DNA of 64,000 nt from Centroscyllium fabricii (GCA_051313645.2 JBNRSN020000012.1:30132001-30196000), one strand, 5' to 3'; counted from the stretch's first letter, positions 47,412-61,432 are shown. Notes: a model not told the origin generated them from the sequence alone. Program-made: numbers and translations.

Positions 47412-48620
47412 TTTCAAATAAAACTGTTGGACTATAACCTGGTGTTGTGTGACTTCTTGCATTTGTTCACCCCAGTCCAACACCGGCACCTCCACATCAT
47501 CTTTTAAGGCAGGGGAGTGAAACATGTGGCTTGAGGGCGTCACATGTGCCTGCTTTGTGATTCCAATCCGGTCTGCACAATGTTATTGAGGAAACGGCAG
47601 CATCGAAACACCGCAGGAAACACCAGCATTTGCATGGCAGCCATAGCTACATGAAATGGGCTCTCCAAAAATGCCGGCCAACAAGAGAAGAAAACCTGAC
47701 AGTGAATGTCAAAACTCTTCAAAGCTAAATTGAAACTGGGGATATTTTTGTGTGGAATCGTTGGTGTCTCATTTATCAAAAAAAATCCTGTTGTTATGTC
47801 AAAAGAATTCAATGTCAAATCGCATGTTGTAAGAAAACTCTAACCAGCTGGAAGGGGAGTAACACGAGGGCACACATTGTGCATTAAAAGGCCTTTTTAT
47901 TTTTGCTTTGGGAAAATATTTTTTTTTAAAGAAATAGCAAAATGTTAATGAGTCAGCTGTGAAATCCAGCTGTGCAATGTTCTAGTTAACAGCCCAGTCA
48001 TCAAAAACCATTTACTAAAGGCACAGTTGTGAAGAAATACGTGGTCACAGTGCCAGAAAAGTGTATGTTCTAATAAGGAACAGATCTCCCTGAATGTGAG
48101 CGGGTGAAGGAACCGTCTGATAATCTGTTGCGAAAACGGAGCAAAACAAGGGTCCAGGACTGTGTTGGTTTTTGTCCTCTTTGGTCATTAACGAGAGCAG
48201 AAATTTTCCCAATGCCAAACAATTATCTTTATTTGTGAGCGTGACTCTGGTTTTATCGGAGGTCACCGAAGACAGGTTAGAATTGCTGTTTGGGCACTGA
48301 ACTCTTGTATTCAAGTGCAAAGTCTTCAGCCAGTTAATTCGCTGTTAAAAAGCAAAGGGAATCGGCAGTGCTTAAAAAATGCACTCGTGAAATTTTAAAA
48401 CAATAATTCGCTCTTGAAATTTAGGCCAATACGTCACTTTGCCAAGTTGCAGTTGTAGTTTTCATCTTTTCTTGGATCTATTAGATAAGGAAATCAGAAG
48501 AAACGGCCTTACCCAAAGAGTGGTGAGAATGTGGAATTCACTACCACAGGGAGTGGTTGAAGCAAATAGTATAGATGTATTTAAGGAGAGGCTATAGAAG
48601 CACTTGAGGGAGAAGGGAAT

Positions 48621-50152
48621 ATTCAATTCAATTCAATTTTATTGTCATTGCACAGTCAATAATCACAGTGCAACAAAAAGTGAGCTCGCAAGCTCCCAGG
48701 ACATGACATGGCAGACAATGGCCCAGAAGTTGCAGTGGAGCCTTCGTGCGGGTGCAGTACCTGCTTAACGCACTTTAATTGCCCATATTCAGTTTTGCTT
48801 TTTTGCACTCAGAAATTCCCATTAGCCCAGCCTGTCAGAGCTCCGTGTGAGCTTCATGGGCATCTGAAGGGCGTAATTAGTGCGAGGTGGCTTTTGAGAC
48901 CACCTGATTGGCAGTGAGCCAATCAGTGGAAGCAATTCTCCGTTCAAAACTTCCACAGAGAAATCTGTGCGAGTTTTGAATGGAGAGATTCCCAAAAGAC
49001 ATCTAAACACAAAAATAAAATTTTACAAACACCTCATTTTTTAAACATTACCCCAACTAACACAAATAACCTATATGAAAGAAAAAATAAAAATTTGCAG
49101 AAAAAGTTTTCCACTTCCAACAGGTCTAAAAAAATACTTACCTGTCTTTAAAGTTATCAACAATTAAAAACCTGAAAAAACAACAATTAAAATCAATAAA
49201 ATACACACTTACCAGATGAAAACGGGTGTTTACGACTCCTATTTTCCAGCGTTGAATTTTCTGCTCTTGGTCCTTAGAAAAACTTTAAAAATACATCGGA
49301 AAGACTGGGTGATCCCGTAGTTCGCTGCTTCCTGCGCTGGACCTCGCAGGAAGCAGCGACCCCCCGCTGGGCGGCACAGGAAATCCCGAAGCGTGCGCTC
49401 CGGCTGCTTCCTGCAGGTTTAAGCTCTGGTGCGCTCACAGCAGAGCTTAAACCCGATATACGCAGACGGGAACTTATGGGCCATTAAGTTATAAATTATA
49501 CAGAATTATGGGTAAATAATAAATAAATAGATAAATGAATAAAGAGTGCAAATAGCATTTCAAAGAGTAGATGAGCAAGTGCTGGGGGGCAAAAGGGCTG
49601 TTAATGCAGGAAGTGTGGGTGGAGGTGCCGATGGTAGACAGATTTGGTGTTGAGTGATAGAGTTCAACTGGATAATAGCCCTTGGGAAGAAGCTGTTCCT
49701 GAGCCTGGTCGTTCGAGCTCGAATACATCTGTAGCGCCTCCTGGATGGCAGGGGGGCAAACAGTCTGTGGCTGGGGTGGCTGGGGGTGGGGGTGGGGGTG
49801 GGGTCCCTGATGTTGCTGAGAGATTTCCGCAGGCAACGTTTCTCATAGATGTCTTTAATAGCAGGTAGCTGGGTGTCGGTGATGTATTGGGCAGTTTTGA
49901 CTATTCTCTGCAAGGCCTTCCTGTCGGAGGTGGAGCAGTTGCCTTACCACACCATGATGCAGTTTGTTAGGATGCTTTCTATTGTGCAGCGGTAGCAGTT
50001 GGAGAGAAGCTGGGATGATAAGTTAACTTTCTTCAGCCTCCGCAGCAGCTATCGGCGCTGCTGAGCTTTCTTCACCAAGGAGGATGAGTTGAGGGACCAT
50101 GAGAAGTCTTCCATAATGTGGATGCCCAGGAACTTGAAGCTGCAGACCCTGA
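48621..50152 (-). mobile_element. Rex1/Babar LINE 3' fragment (split by a MITE, inserted in a CR1 3' end 48505-50275)
   Basis: FKFLGIHI..SLVKKAQQR..YRCTIESILT..ALQRIVKTAQ..RLRNSFFP; tail CAATGACAATAAAA(TTGAA)n. Confidence 0.8.
48720..49482. mobile_element. MITE family A copy
   Basis: Highly similar to 40037-40767; flanks AAT / ATT. Confidence 0.85.
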
Positions 50153-50596
50153 TAGAGGGTTATGCTGATAGAGTTCGATGAGGAAAGACCGGAGGAGGCT
50201 CAAGTGGAGTATAAACGCCGGCATGGACTGGTTGGGCCGAATGGCCTGTTTCTGTGTCGTAATTACTGTGTAATCCTATTTATTTACTTTATTCGTTCAT
50301 TTTCTCTTTAGCTTCTCACCCGTCCCCATCTCTCCCGAAGGCTTCGACTCCCTGTTGGGGTCCAATGACATAAGCGATAAGTGCCCTCCAGTGCCTTGCC
50401 CACGTGGCCATTATTTTAGTGCAAGCCCTGATAGTGAGAGTCGGCAGGCAATTCACCCAGTGGGGGAAATCACAACCTAATCCAATCCTGCCCTCACCGG
50501 AGCGCACTTCCAGGAGGGCTTGCTGGACTTCGATCAGAAGTGGGAGCCATGGTTGATTTTCCCTTGCCTTACCCAAAGGGCATTGACGCAGCGCGG

Positions 50597-52272
50597 ACCT
50601 GAGCAGGGGTGCAGGCAGAGAGAGTGGCGGCTTAAAGAGAGCTGAGCGGAGACTTAAAATAACAAGGAGTGACATTACAGGACAGCGTATTACAGCTCCT
50701 TTGCTCTCTAGGTTAGGTAAGTGGATTAAATTCAGAATTGGGAGTAGGTCATTCACCCTCTATAACTTTATTAAATTAATAACTTAAACTAAGTTAACTA
50801 ATTAAAACTAAAAACTAACAGTGAAAATAATCATTTGAATAAATACTGTAACTAATGATATAAATAAACTAAGGTCAGATAAAGATGGCAGTGCAGGTAG
50901 TGCTTATAATGTTGCCAAAAAGAGTAGTAAGCCTGAGGATTGGGAGGATTTTAGAATTCAGCAAAGGAGGACCAAGAAAATTGAAAAAGAACACGAAATG
51001 AGAGACATAAAAACAGATTGTAAAAGCTTCTTTTGGTATGTAAAAAGGAAAAGATTAGCGAAAGTAAATACAGGCTGAGATAGGAGAAATTATAATGCAG
51101 AATAAGGAAATGGCAGAGAAATTAAACAAATACTTTGGGCTAGAATTTATCAATGGGGACATGATGGAGGCGGGACTCCCACTTTTTGGGTTTTAGTCCC
51201 ACCTCTATCGACTTGTGGCCAACCCACACTATTTCCCTTGATTCACCTTGTTAAGCACGCCCAGTGGGCTCAGCAGGCCAATTAAGGGACACTTCGGGGG
51301 GGGGGGGGAGATTTTCGCGGGTCCGTGAGGGCGGCTTTCCAGTGGGGCGGGGCCTAAAATCGCGGAACCGGATGGTCCCGCCCCCCCCGCCGGATCGCCA
51401 CCGGCTTGTAAGTTTCGGGCGGCGTGTCCAGCCGTCCCGAATCTTTCCCGCCCGCCGCCGGTGGGGATGCTCGTTGAGGTACTTGAGGGCCCTTAATTGG
51501 ACTGGATAATGCCATTTTAAGGGCCCTCACCTATTTTAAACCCCATCCCACCCAACCCCTGCCAATCTGAAACCCCGCTGGTGAAACCCAGCAGGATCAC
51601 AATGACCTTGGCCACTTTCACCTTCAAGGCATTGAAGGACCTAGAGCAGAACGCTTTCCAGGCCTTCAATACCCTGGAGGTGTAAGTGGCTCCCTTTTCT
51701 GAAGGCCATCTGTGGAGAAAAAACTTAAAAACCTTACCTTGACAGATGGATTGAGAGACAGTCCCTAACTGTCAATGATTTGCAGCGGGACCGTCCACCT
51801 GTCACTCAAACCACTTGGCCTTTGCGATTGGTTGCACTCCATTGTGATGTCACAAGGACTAGGCCTATATTCTCTAGAGTTTAGAAGAATGAGAGGTGAT
51901 CTCATTGAAACATACAAAATTCTTACAGGGCTTGACAGGGTAAATGCAGGGAGGATGTTTCTCTTGGCTGTGGAGTCTAGAACCAGGGGTCAAAATCTCA
52001 GAATAAGGGGACTGAAATGAGGAGAAATTTCTTTACTCAGAGGGTGGTGAATCTTTGGAATTCTCTGCCGCAGAGTGCTGTGGAGGCTCAGTCGTTGAGT
52101 ATATTCAAACACCGATCAATAGATTTTTGGATATTAAGGGAATCAAGGGGTATGGGGATAATGCGGGAAAGTGGAGTTGAGGTAGAAGATCAGCCATGAT
52201 CTTATTCAATGGCGGAGCAGGCTCAAGGGGCCGAATGACCTACTCCTGCTCCTAGTTCTTATGCTCTTATGT
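50597..52272 (+). mobile_element. Internally deleted HER1/CR1 LINE with nested MITE fragments (~51138-51855)
   Basis: 5'UTR-like region and ATGGCAGTGCAGGTA, jump to ORF2 KTDCKSFFGYVKRK..LNKYF, then 3' end LGLYSLEFRRMRGDLIE..FFTQRVVNLWN with the tail shared with HE1. Confidence 0.7.
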
Positions 52273-52472
52273 TAAATGTAGAGCCCTAATTGCCAACCAT
52301 GCTAATGTCAGCCAATTGAGCACAGACTGGGGATTGAAGCTGGGGCCATCCCAGTCTGTAGCATTCAGCAACTCAATACATAAAATCATCGAGCCAATGA
52401 GGAGCTAGTCAGCTTTTCACATGCATCCAGCCCCTTTAGTTGTCCTGACATTAGTCACCTCTTGGACACAGT

Positions 52473-53009
52473 GGGGAAGCAATTGGTGAGTGTAAATGTG
52501 CGCCCGAAGATGTCGGCCCAAGGATTGCCTGATATTCGTCTTCGAGCCTCACTACCAGGAAACCGGCAAGCTGCGGAAGGCAATCAGACATCCTGCTGCA
52601 GGTCGCTAATCGGGCCCAGAGCATCGGCCAGTCCCGAAAGGGGAGGTGAATGGGAAGGATGGGGGCGTTTGTGTGTGCGAGTGCGGCCTGGCAACAGCCT
52701 GCATTATTGCTGCTCCACACTAAAGTAAATGAGTAAAAGTTTACTTACCTTGTCTTTGGCGGTGAGCTTGGCAAGGTTTTAACCCAATTCAGAGGCAGGT
52801 CATGAAACAGGTGTTAGGCCTCCTCATTAGCATGAGGTGGCCGTGAGGACCGCCTGAATATTACCTGAGCCAATACGGCGTCAGACGTATTTCAGGTGCC
52901 CTTGGGGCGTGAGTGATAGCCCTGCAAAACTGGGCATTTTTACCCCTGTTTCATGCCTGAGAAGTTTCATGCCTGAGAAACAAAGTGAAATGAGGTCAGA
53001 TTTTACCCC
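52473..53009. mobile_element. Probable Harbinger-type MITE
   Basis: GGGGAAGCAATT...ATTTTACCCC; flanks AGT/AGC. Confidence 0.5.
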
Positions 53010-53022
53010 AGCAAATGACATA

Positions 53023-53832
53023 GGGCTGGATTTTACCAGCCCTGGGGAGGCAGGTTTGGAGGCGGGATTGCTGGGAAAATGGCAGAATCCGGGGTCAGGT
53101 ACCCATCCTGCCCCCAACTCGCCTCCGTGTCATCTTCCCAGGAGGCGGGTTGCCGCCCCGCGCCGGGTCCCATCTCCTGGAGACGGGAAGGGGATAACAG
53201 GCAGTTAAGAGGATTGACCCCATTTTTCCACCAGAGGTGCGGGCTTCCCAACGTCGGGAAACACCACCAGGGACACCGAGGTGAGCAGTGGGTCTGCGGA
53301 GATCCGAGGGGTGCAATAGTGCGCTGTGGGGGTGAGTGATGGGTGCAAGTGTGGAGAGGTCAGTATGTGAGGTGAGTGAAAAGTGATATAAAATGTTTCC
53401 TTACCTTTGTTTCTTCCTGCAGGCTTCAACACTTGGGGAGGCGGAGACTCTCGCATCTCACCGGCAGAGATGACAGAATGGCTGCTGCATTCTCCAATCA
53501 GACAGCAGTCTGATTTCTGCTCACAAAAGATGTTTGAGTCTTGAATACAAGGACTCATCAAACAACAGAGAATGTCAGTGTTTGACAGCTTCACAGAGCT
53601 GTCAAACGATGACAATTCATCCGTCAAAAAGTTTTGACAGATGAAGCGCCATACGCTGACGTTCTCCGAAACTGGCTTCCCCTTAATTGGCCTGCTAAGC
53701 CCACTGGGCGGGATTAACAAGGTCAATCAGGGGAAAATAGTGTGGGTTGGCCAGAAGTCGATGGAGGCGGGACTGAAACCCAACAAGCAACAGTCACACC
53801 TCCAACGCACCCCCATTGGCAAAATCACCCCC
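53023..53832. mobile_element. Harbinger-type MITE
   Basis: GGGCTGGATTTT...AAAATCACCCCC; TSD ATA. Confidence 0.75.
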
Positions 53833-53918
53833 ATAGAATCTATAGCAGAAACTGGCCTTTCAGCCCAACTGCTCCAGGCTGTTGTTTATACTCCACGTGA
53901 GCTTCCTCCCATTCTAAT

Positions 53919-54672
53919 GGCCCAGAAATTGCAGTGGACCCTTTCATGCGGGTGCAGTGCTGCTTAACGCATTTTAATTGCCCATATTCGGTTTTGCTTT
54001 TTTGCACTGAGAAATTCCCATTAGCCTTGCCTGTCAGAGCTCCGTGCGAGTTCTGAAGGGCGTAATTCGTGCGAGGTGGCTTTTGAGACCAGCTGATTGG
54101 CAGTGAGCCAATCAGTGGAAGCAACTCTCCGTTCAAAACTTCCACAGAGAAATCTGTGCGAGCTTTGAAAAGGGAGAATCTCAAAAGACACCTAAACACC
54201 AAAATAAAATTTTACAAACACCACATTTTTTAAACATTACCCCAACTAACACAAATAACATATTTTAAAGAGAAAAAAAATTTGCTGAATTTTTTTTTCA
54301 CTTCCAACAGGTCTAAAAAAATACTTACCTGTCTTTAAAGTTATCAACAATTAAAAACCTGAAAAAACAACAATTAAAATCAATAAAATATACACTTACC
54401 AGATGAAAACGGGTGTTAACGACTGCTTTTTCCCAGCATTGATTTTTCTCCCCTTGGTCCGTAGAAAAAGTTTTAAAAAACAGTGGAAAGTCTGGGCGGT
54501 CCTGTAGCTCGCAGCTTCCTGCGGTGGACCTCGCAGGAAGCACTGACCCCCCCGCTGGGCGGCACAGGAAAGCCTGAAGCGTGTGCGCACCGGCAGCTTC
54601 CTGCGGGTTTAAGCTCTGGTGCGCTCGCACCAGAGCTTAAACCCGATATGCGATGACGGGAATTTCTGGGCC
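53919..54672. mobile_element. MITE family A copy
   Basis: GGCCCAGAAATT termini; flanks AAT / ATT. Confidence 0.85.
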
Positions 54673-55150
54673 ATTATCTCTTCCCATCTTGTCCCATATT
54701 GCTCTATTCCCTTCTCCCTTATACATGCGCCAAGCCTCTCCAATAAATGTGTCACTGCTAACTGCTTCCTCTTTCAAATGCAGCACTAAAGTGACAGGCC
54801 AGGTTTGTAACAGACGTCGCAAATGTTCTGCAGACCCGCCCTTAACCATGAGGGATGACATGGGCCATTAGCTACTTATAGTTAAACTCAAAACCCGATT
54901 TGAAAAAAAGAACTTGATATTTCTTAAAATTAAAACTGAAAATCTATTCCGATGGGCCTGACTCCCAGATCGGCGAGGATAGTGTTTTGAAGAAAGGTAG
55001 TGCGGTGCCTTCAGCTGGTGGGTCAGCGCTAGCCAGGCAACTCCCAGCGGTGACGTTGGTCAAGAGCAAATGCGCAATATGGGCTGCTAACGAAGTGGAA
55101 TCCTGTTCTAAACTGTGCCCGCATTTCTTTCCCAAAGGAAAAGAAGCACA

Positions 55151-55946
55151 GGGGGAGAATTTCATGTCCCCGTGAGGCGGGGTTTTCGGCGGTCTGGCCG
55201 GCAAAATAGCGCAACCGGCAGGTCCCGCCCCCCCACCGCCCCGCCGTATCCCCACTGCTTTCTCATTTTTCCCCCGCCCAGATTCCCCGCCCCGAAACCT
55301 TCCCGCCGCCGGCCAGCGGGGATGGGTTGTCACCTCGTTAAGGGCCCTTAATTGGCATCTTTAATGCCATTTTAAGGGTCCTCAGCCATTTTGCCCTGTT
55401 TCCCGCCTTAACCCCGCCACCCTAAACCCCGCTGGGTGAAACCCAGCGGGAGCACAGCGCTGCTTATTACTTTCTCCTTCAAGGTGTGAAGGACATGCTG
55501 CCAAATGCTTGGCATGCCTCAAGCACCTTAGAGGAGTAAGTAACTCCACTGTGGCTGCAGCAGCTGTGAGCAGAAACTGAGAAATCTCAGGTCTGAACAC
55601 TTCCTCACAGCTGCTGCCGAGCTGTCAAGGATTCGGAGCCCGCCCGCCCACCTGTCAGTCACAAGCACTTGGCCGTTCCCATTGGTTCCACTCCACTGTG
55701 ATGTCACAGTGGAGTGTTTCCATGGGAACTGTCAACAACCAGTGCTGGAACTGTCAATCAAGCTGCTCGCAGCCCCGATGCAGCCCGACTCGATTGACCT
55801 AATTACCTCCCTCTGCCACCGGTGGGTATTTAACAACCTAATTAAACTAAAATTGCGTGGCCTTCCCAGCTGTTTGGGCGGGCGGGACCGGAGGCGGCCC
55901 AGACCAATCCCCGCCAGGTTCCCGCCCTTCCGGCGAAATCCCCCCC
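55151..55946. mobile_element. Harbinger-type MITE (inverted sister of 35009-35765)
   Basis: GGGGGAGAATTTC...GAAATCCCCCC; flanks ACA/ATA. Confidence 0.75.
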
Positions 55947-56084
55947 ATACTGTCTAGAAAGAGGCCGCTCGGCCCATCGGTGCCTGTGCCGGCTCTTTGA
56001 AAGAGCGATCCAATTAGTTCCACTGCCCTGCTTTTTCCCCATAGCCCTGTAAATGTTTCCCCTTTCAAGTATTTACTTTAAAGA

Positions 56085-56510
56085 AAGACAGAACTTGCAT
56101 TTACATAGTGACTTTCATGTCCTCAGAACATCCCAAGGTGCTTCAAAGCCAATGAATTGCGTTGGGTATGTAGCCACTGGTGTTATTTAAGCAAACACGG
56201 CAGCCAGTCTGCTGACAGAGAAGTTTTATGCGAATGAGATAAATGCCCTGTTTTGACGATGTTAGTTGAGGGCTAAACAGTGGCCCAGAAGACCGGGCGA
56301 TGTCCTGTTATTCATCGAATAATGCCATGGGATCTTTTATGTCCACCTGAACAGCCAATGGGTCCTCAGTTTTAACCTTTCAGCCAAAAGATACCACCTT
56401 TGACAATGCAGCACTCCCCCAGCACTGCACCAAAGTGTTAACATAGATCACGTACGTGCTCAAGTCCTGGAGGGGGATTGAACCCGCAGTGTAACTGAGA
56501 AGCAAGAGAA
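56085..56510 (-). mobile_element. SacSINE1-like DeuSINE, degraded
   Basis: Co-linear with 60805-61432. Confidence 0.6.
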
Positions 56511-57779
56511 CCAGGCTAAAACTTCAGCTGTAATATTTTTTAAGTATTTAGCAACCAGTTGTTCATAAAAAAAAGGTTTCCATTTAACAAATATACACTG
56601 TACTGTTAACGTTAATGTATAAACAATTTCGAAATAATTGGCCATTTTGTTTTACAGTTTCTCTATCCAAATCATTTTAAACAAGATTATGACTTTCGGA
56701 CAGAAATTCAAAGCTAAGATCATTAAAGCCTATCCTTGAGCATTTTTGTTCTATAAATAAATCTAGACCACGGCGTAGATCAGACAGAGAATAGGGAGTG
56801 ATTGGGGTTGCATTCAAAGGCTGGAATAGATATATGAAGTTCATATAGATGCAGATTGTAGACAGTGGAGTTAGGTTAGCTGTGGAATGCAGGTTTGAGG
56901 AGGGGTGAGAGAGAGAAAAAGCAAATGAAGACAAACAGTAAGAAGAAAAGGGAGAGAGTAAAGACAAACAATAACTGAAATGAGCAAGAAAAGCCACAAA
57001 ATAGAACAGCATAAAGGAATGGCACATGTCTGGGATGGATAGCATAAAGATAGCAAATTAATCTGATAATTTACAGAGCAGTGACAGAGTACAGTGAATT
57101 CGAGAAAGTTTATCATGGTATCCAGCTGATTGATCATTGAAAGTTACTCAGAAATGTAGGGGGGGATTTTCCTCGGTCCGCGAGGGTGGCTTTCTGGCAG
57201 GGCGGGGCCTAAAATCACGGAGCCGGGTGGTCCTGCCGGACCGCCACTGGCTTGTCAGTTTCGGGCGGCGTGTCCCACCGTCCCGAAACTTTTCCGCCCG
57301 CTGCCGGCGGGGATGCTCGTTTAGGTAATTGAGGGCCCTTAATTGGTCTCGATAATGCCAGTTTACAGGCCATCGCCTATTTTCCAACCCTTCCCACCCA
57401 AACCCCGCCATCCTCAAACCCCGCTGGTGAAACCCAGTGGGAGCACAGTGGCCTTGGTCACTTTCACCTTCGAGGTATTGAACGACCTAGAGCAGAATGC
57501 TTTCCAGGCCTTCAATACCCTGGAGGTGTAAGTGACTCCCTTGTGTGAAGACCAGCTGTGGAGAAAACACTTATAAACCTTACCTTGACCAGATCCATTC
57601 AGAAACGCTCCCTAGCTGTTAAAGATTTGCAGCCCGACTGTCCACCTGTCAGTCAAAGCACTTGGCCTTTCTGATTGGTTGCACTCCATTGTGATGTCAC
57701 AATAGTGTTTCCATGGGAACTGTCAACAGACAGTCCCTGGAACTGTCTGTCAAGCTCCTCGCACCCCGCTCCAGCACTG

Positions 57780-59362
57780 AACACCTCCCTCTGCAACTGG
57801 ACCCTGGACTTCCTAACCAACAGACCACAGTCTGTGAAGTTAGGCAACCTCACCTCCCCCCCCTTACCCTGAACACGGGGACCCCACAAGGTTGTGTGCT
57901 GAGCCCCCTCCTCTACTCCCTCTTCACTGGTGAGGCCACGTGGTGGAGTACTGTGTGCAGTTCTGGGCACCGTACTACAGGAGAGATGTGGAGGCGCTGG
58001 AGAGGGTGCAGAGGAGATTCACCAGGATGCTGCCGGGAATGGGAGGAAGGTCATACGAGGAGAGGTTGAGGGAGCTGGGACTCTTCTCCCTGGAACGGAG
58101 AAGGAAGAGGGGGGACTTGATAGAGATGTTTAAAATGATGAAGGGGATCGATAGAGTAAACGTGCAAAGACTGTTTCCCCGGGCGGGAAGAACGTCAACA
58201 AGAGGACACGAGCACAAGATTCAAGGAGGAAGATTCAGAAGGGATGGCAGGGGCAGGTTCTTTACACAGAGAGTGGTCGGGGAATGGAATAGGCTACCAT
58301 CTGAAATAGTGGATGCGGACAGTCTGGGTGCTTTTAAAAGGATGATAGACAGGTACATGGAGGGGAAGGAACAGTAGGGGGGAAAGGAAAAATCAGAGAT
58401 GGACTAAGGGCGGCACTACATTGAGGGCCCAAGGGCCTGTACAGTGCTGTATGTTCTATGTTCTATGTTCTATGTTCACTCACGACTGTGCGGCTGTCCA
58501 TGGTTCCAACACGATCATCAAGTTTGCGGATGACACCACGGTGTTTGGCCAGATCACCAACAACGATGAGTCAGCCTACAGGGATGAGATCCAACGCATT
58601 GTGGGTTGGTGTGCTGACAACAACCTGGCTCTGAACACCAAGAAAACTAAGGAGATCATAGTGGACTTCCGGAGGACTGGAAGCAGAAGACACACCCCCA
58701 TCTTCATCCAAGGGGCTGAGGTGGAAAGGGTGTCCAGCTTCAAGTTCCTCGGGGTCCACATCTCGGAAGATCTCTCCTGGTCACTAAACACCTCTTCTCT
58801 GGTTAAGAAGGCCAAACAGCGCCTGTACTTCCTAAGGAAGCTGAAGAAATCCAGGCTGTCATCCGGCATCCTCTCCAACTTCTACCGCTGCACAATAGAA
58901 AGCATACTGACAAGCTGCATCACTGTCTGGTATGGGAATTGCACTATCTCGGACCGGAAAACCCTGCAGCGGTTAGTCAAAACTGCTCAACGAATCACCG
59001 GTACACAGCTGCCATCAATGGAAAGCATCTGCCTCAAACGCTGCTTACGGAGGTCTCTGAACATTGTTAAAGACCCCACACACCCCAGCCACAGTCTGTT
59101 CGCCCCCCTGCCCTCCGGGAGATGCTACAGAGCAATTCGCACCCGCACGACTAGATTTCAGAGCAGCTTCTTCCCCAGGGCTGTCAGCCTCCTGAACTCT
59201 AAAAATGAACTCCGGTACCTGCACGCCTGATAATGTAGTTTACTGTATGCAATTTGCATGTAATTTATTTGCACGACTCTCGGGAGAGTCGAGTCTTCGT
59301 CTCGTTGTATTGTACTAGTACTCTGCAATGACAATAAAACTTGAATTGAATTGAATTGAATT
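57780..59362 (+). mobile_element. Rex1/Babar LINE, 5'-truncated RT
   Basis: [33 protein letters not shown]|HDC..IIKFADDTT..; tail CAATGACAATAAAAC(TTGAA)n. Confidence 0.9.
57929..58474 (+). mobile_element. Young CR1 3' fragment inside the Rex1 RT
   Basis: TSD TTCACT; near-identical to 3715-4340. Confidence 0.9.
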
Positions 59363-59450
59363 GACTGTCGACTCGACTCAGGCATTACCAGGGGCTCCCC
59401 GCACACGGGGATTTAATTGAGCAATTGATGGAAAATTGAGTTGGGTTTCA

Positions 59451-60372
59451 GAAACACACAGGAGATAGGAGTAGGCCATTCGGCCTTTTGAGCCTGTTCC
59501 GCCATTTTGACAAGATCATGGCTGATCATCCAAACCCAGCACCCCCCTCCTACCCTCTCCCCATATCCCCCGACACCCCCAACTCTAAGAACTATATCTC
59601 ACACACATACTCATGGGCAATTTTTAGTATCTCCAATTCATCTAACCTGCATGTCTTTGGGTGGTGGGAGGAAACCGGAGTACCCGGAGGAAACCCACAT
59701 GAACACGGGGAGAACAAGTGGAGGCAAGATGGCGGCGCGTGTACACGCAGCGGCTTTGCGTCTCCCGGGGTGATGCTGTCCGCTGGTAGTTCTGGGTCTG
59801 TTCGCTCGGCGGGGATGGCGGGTTCGGCGTGGTAGTGTACTGATGTCTGCATTGGGGATGCACCGAGGCCGACATGGTCGGAGCGCCGGGGCCTTGAGAT
59901 CGTGTCCGGAGCCGGAGCCTGCATGCTCACTGAGGTCGGTGTGCTCGGAGCGCCAGAGCCTGCGTGGTCACCGAGGTCGGAGCACCGGAGGTCGGCAAGT
60001 TCGGAGCACTGGGGCCTGCAGAGTCGGAGTGCCGGTGCCTGCATGGTCACCGAGGTGGTCGTAGCGTCGGGGGTCAGCGAGTTCGGAGCGCCGGAGGTCG
60101 GCGAGTTCGGAGCACCAGGGCCAACATGGAGTTGAACAGTCTGGGACTTGAAGCTATGGACATTTTAACATCTGCATCGTTTCTTGGGAGTTTGCAAGAA
60201 TGCATTTCGTTGTATTGTGTTTGCTCACTCTGCAATGACAATAAATTGAATCTTATCTTATCTTATCTAACATGCAAACTCCACGCAGAGAGGTCCCGGG
60301 CCAAGCAGGATTCGAACCCAGGAGCTCCTTATTGCGAGGCAGCAGTGCTAACCACTGCGCCACCGTGTCGGC
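59451..60372 (-). mobile_element. V-SINE variant (HE1-related), split by an insertion
   Basis: tRNA head at 60310-60372, V-domain and HER1-type tail at 59451-59716. Confidence 0.7.
59717..60268 (+). mobile_element. Non-autonomous non-LTR element with Rex1-type tail (copy 2)
   Basis: AGTGGAGGCAAGATGGCGGCG start, tail CAATGACAATAAATTGAA(TCTTA)n, short duplication AACA. Confidence 0.75.
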
Positions 60373-60804
60373 CCTTGGGTGGGCGGGACAGAAACCCGAC
60401 CCGACCAATCCCCGCCAGGTTCCCACACCTTCGGGGAAATCCTCCCCAACCCCCCCCCGTAATCTTGGGATGTAGGTGGTGCTGGTAAGGCCAGCATTTA
60501 TTGCCCATTCCTAGCTGTCCTTGAGAAGGTGGTGGTGAGCCGCCTTCTTGAACCGCTGCAGTCCGTGTGGAGAAGGTACTCCCACATTGCTGGTAGGGAG
60601 GGGGTTCCAGGATATTGACGCAGCGGCGATGGAGAAATGGCGATATATTTCCAAGTCGGTATGGTGTATGACTCCTGACTGGTGGGTGATGGAGAGGGCA
60701 CAGTACTGGGGAATCACCGGCGCCATGGAACCAAATGCCAGCACCAGCCTTCAGGGCAGGAGGGGGAGAAAAATGGGGGGAAGAAGCAAAAAACATTTGA
60801 AAGA

Positions 60805-61432
60805 AAGAAAGACTTGCATTTATATAGCGCCTTTCACGCCCACCAGACATTCCAATGGGCCTTGGAGCCAATTAAGTACTTTTAGAAGGGGATTCACTGT
60901 TGTAATGTAGGAAACGCAAGAGCCATTTTGCGCACAGCAAGCTCCCACAAACAGCAATGTGATGATAGAAACATAGAAACATAGAAGATAGGAGCAGGAG
61001 TAGGCCATTCGTTCCTTCGAGCCTGCTCCGCCATTCAATGAGATCATGGCTGATCATCCAAACCCAGTACCCCGCCCCTGCCCTCTCCCCATATCCCTCG
61101 ATCCCTATTGAGCCTACACTGACACATATCCCACCAGATAATCAGCTTTTTGGGGGGATGTTGATTGAGGAATAAATATTGGCCAGGACACCGGTGATAA
61201 CTCCTCCGCTCTTCTTCGAAATAGTATCATGGGATCTTTTACGTCCACCAGAGGGAGCAGAAGGGGCCTCGGTTTAACGTCTCGTCTGAAAGATGGCACC
61301 TCCGACAGTGCAGCACTCCCTCAGCACTGCACTGGGAGTGTCAGCCTAGATTTCTGTGTTCAAGTCTCTGGAGTGGGACTTGAACCCACAACTCAGAGGC
61401 GAGGGTGCTGCCCACTGAGCCATGGCTGACAC
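60805..61432 (-). mobile_element. SacSINE1-like DeuSINE with an HE1 fragment (60966-61135)
   Basis: Minus-strand TGGCTCAGTGG..GGGTTCAAGTCCC head, GCACTGTCGGAGGTGCC..ACGTTAAACCGAGGCCCC core, L2-type tail. Confidence 0.75.

Larger units (their letters stand above)
57159..60447. mobile_element. Harbinger-type MITE expanded by nested retroelements
   Basis: GGGGGGATTTTCC start, GGAAATCCTCCCC end; body pieces 57159-57779, 59363-59450, 60373-60447. Confidence 0.6.

Noticed and set aside
47500-48500. Host gene in the unique-looking stretch (ORFs 47540-47818, 48045-48320)
   Set aside because: No recognisable protein or coherent splice structure; could be non-coding conserved DNA but this cannot be supported from the sequence alone
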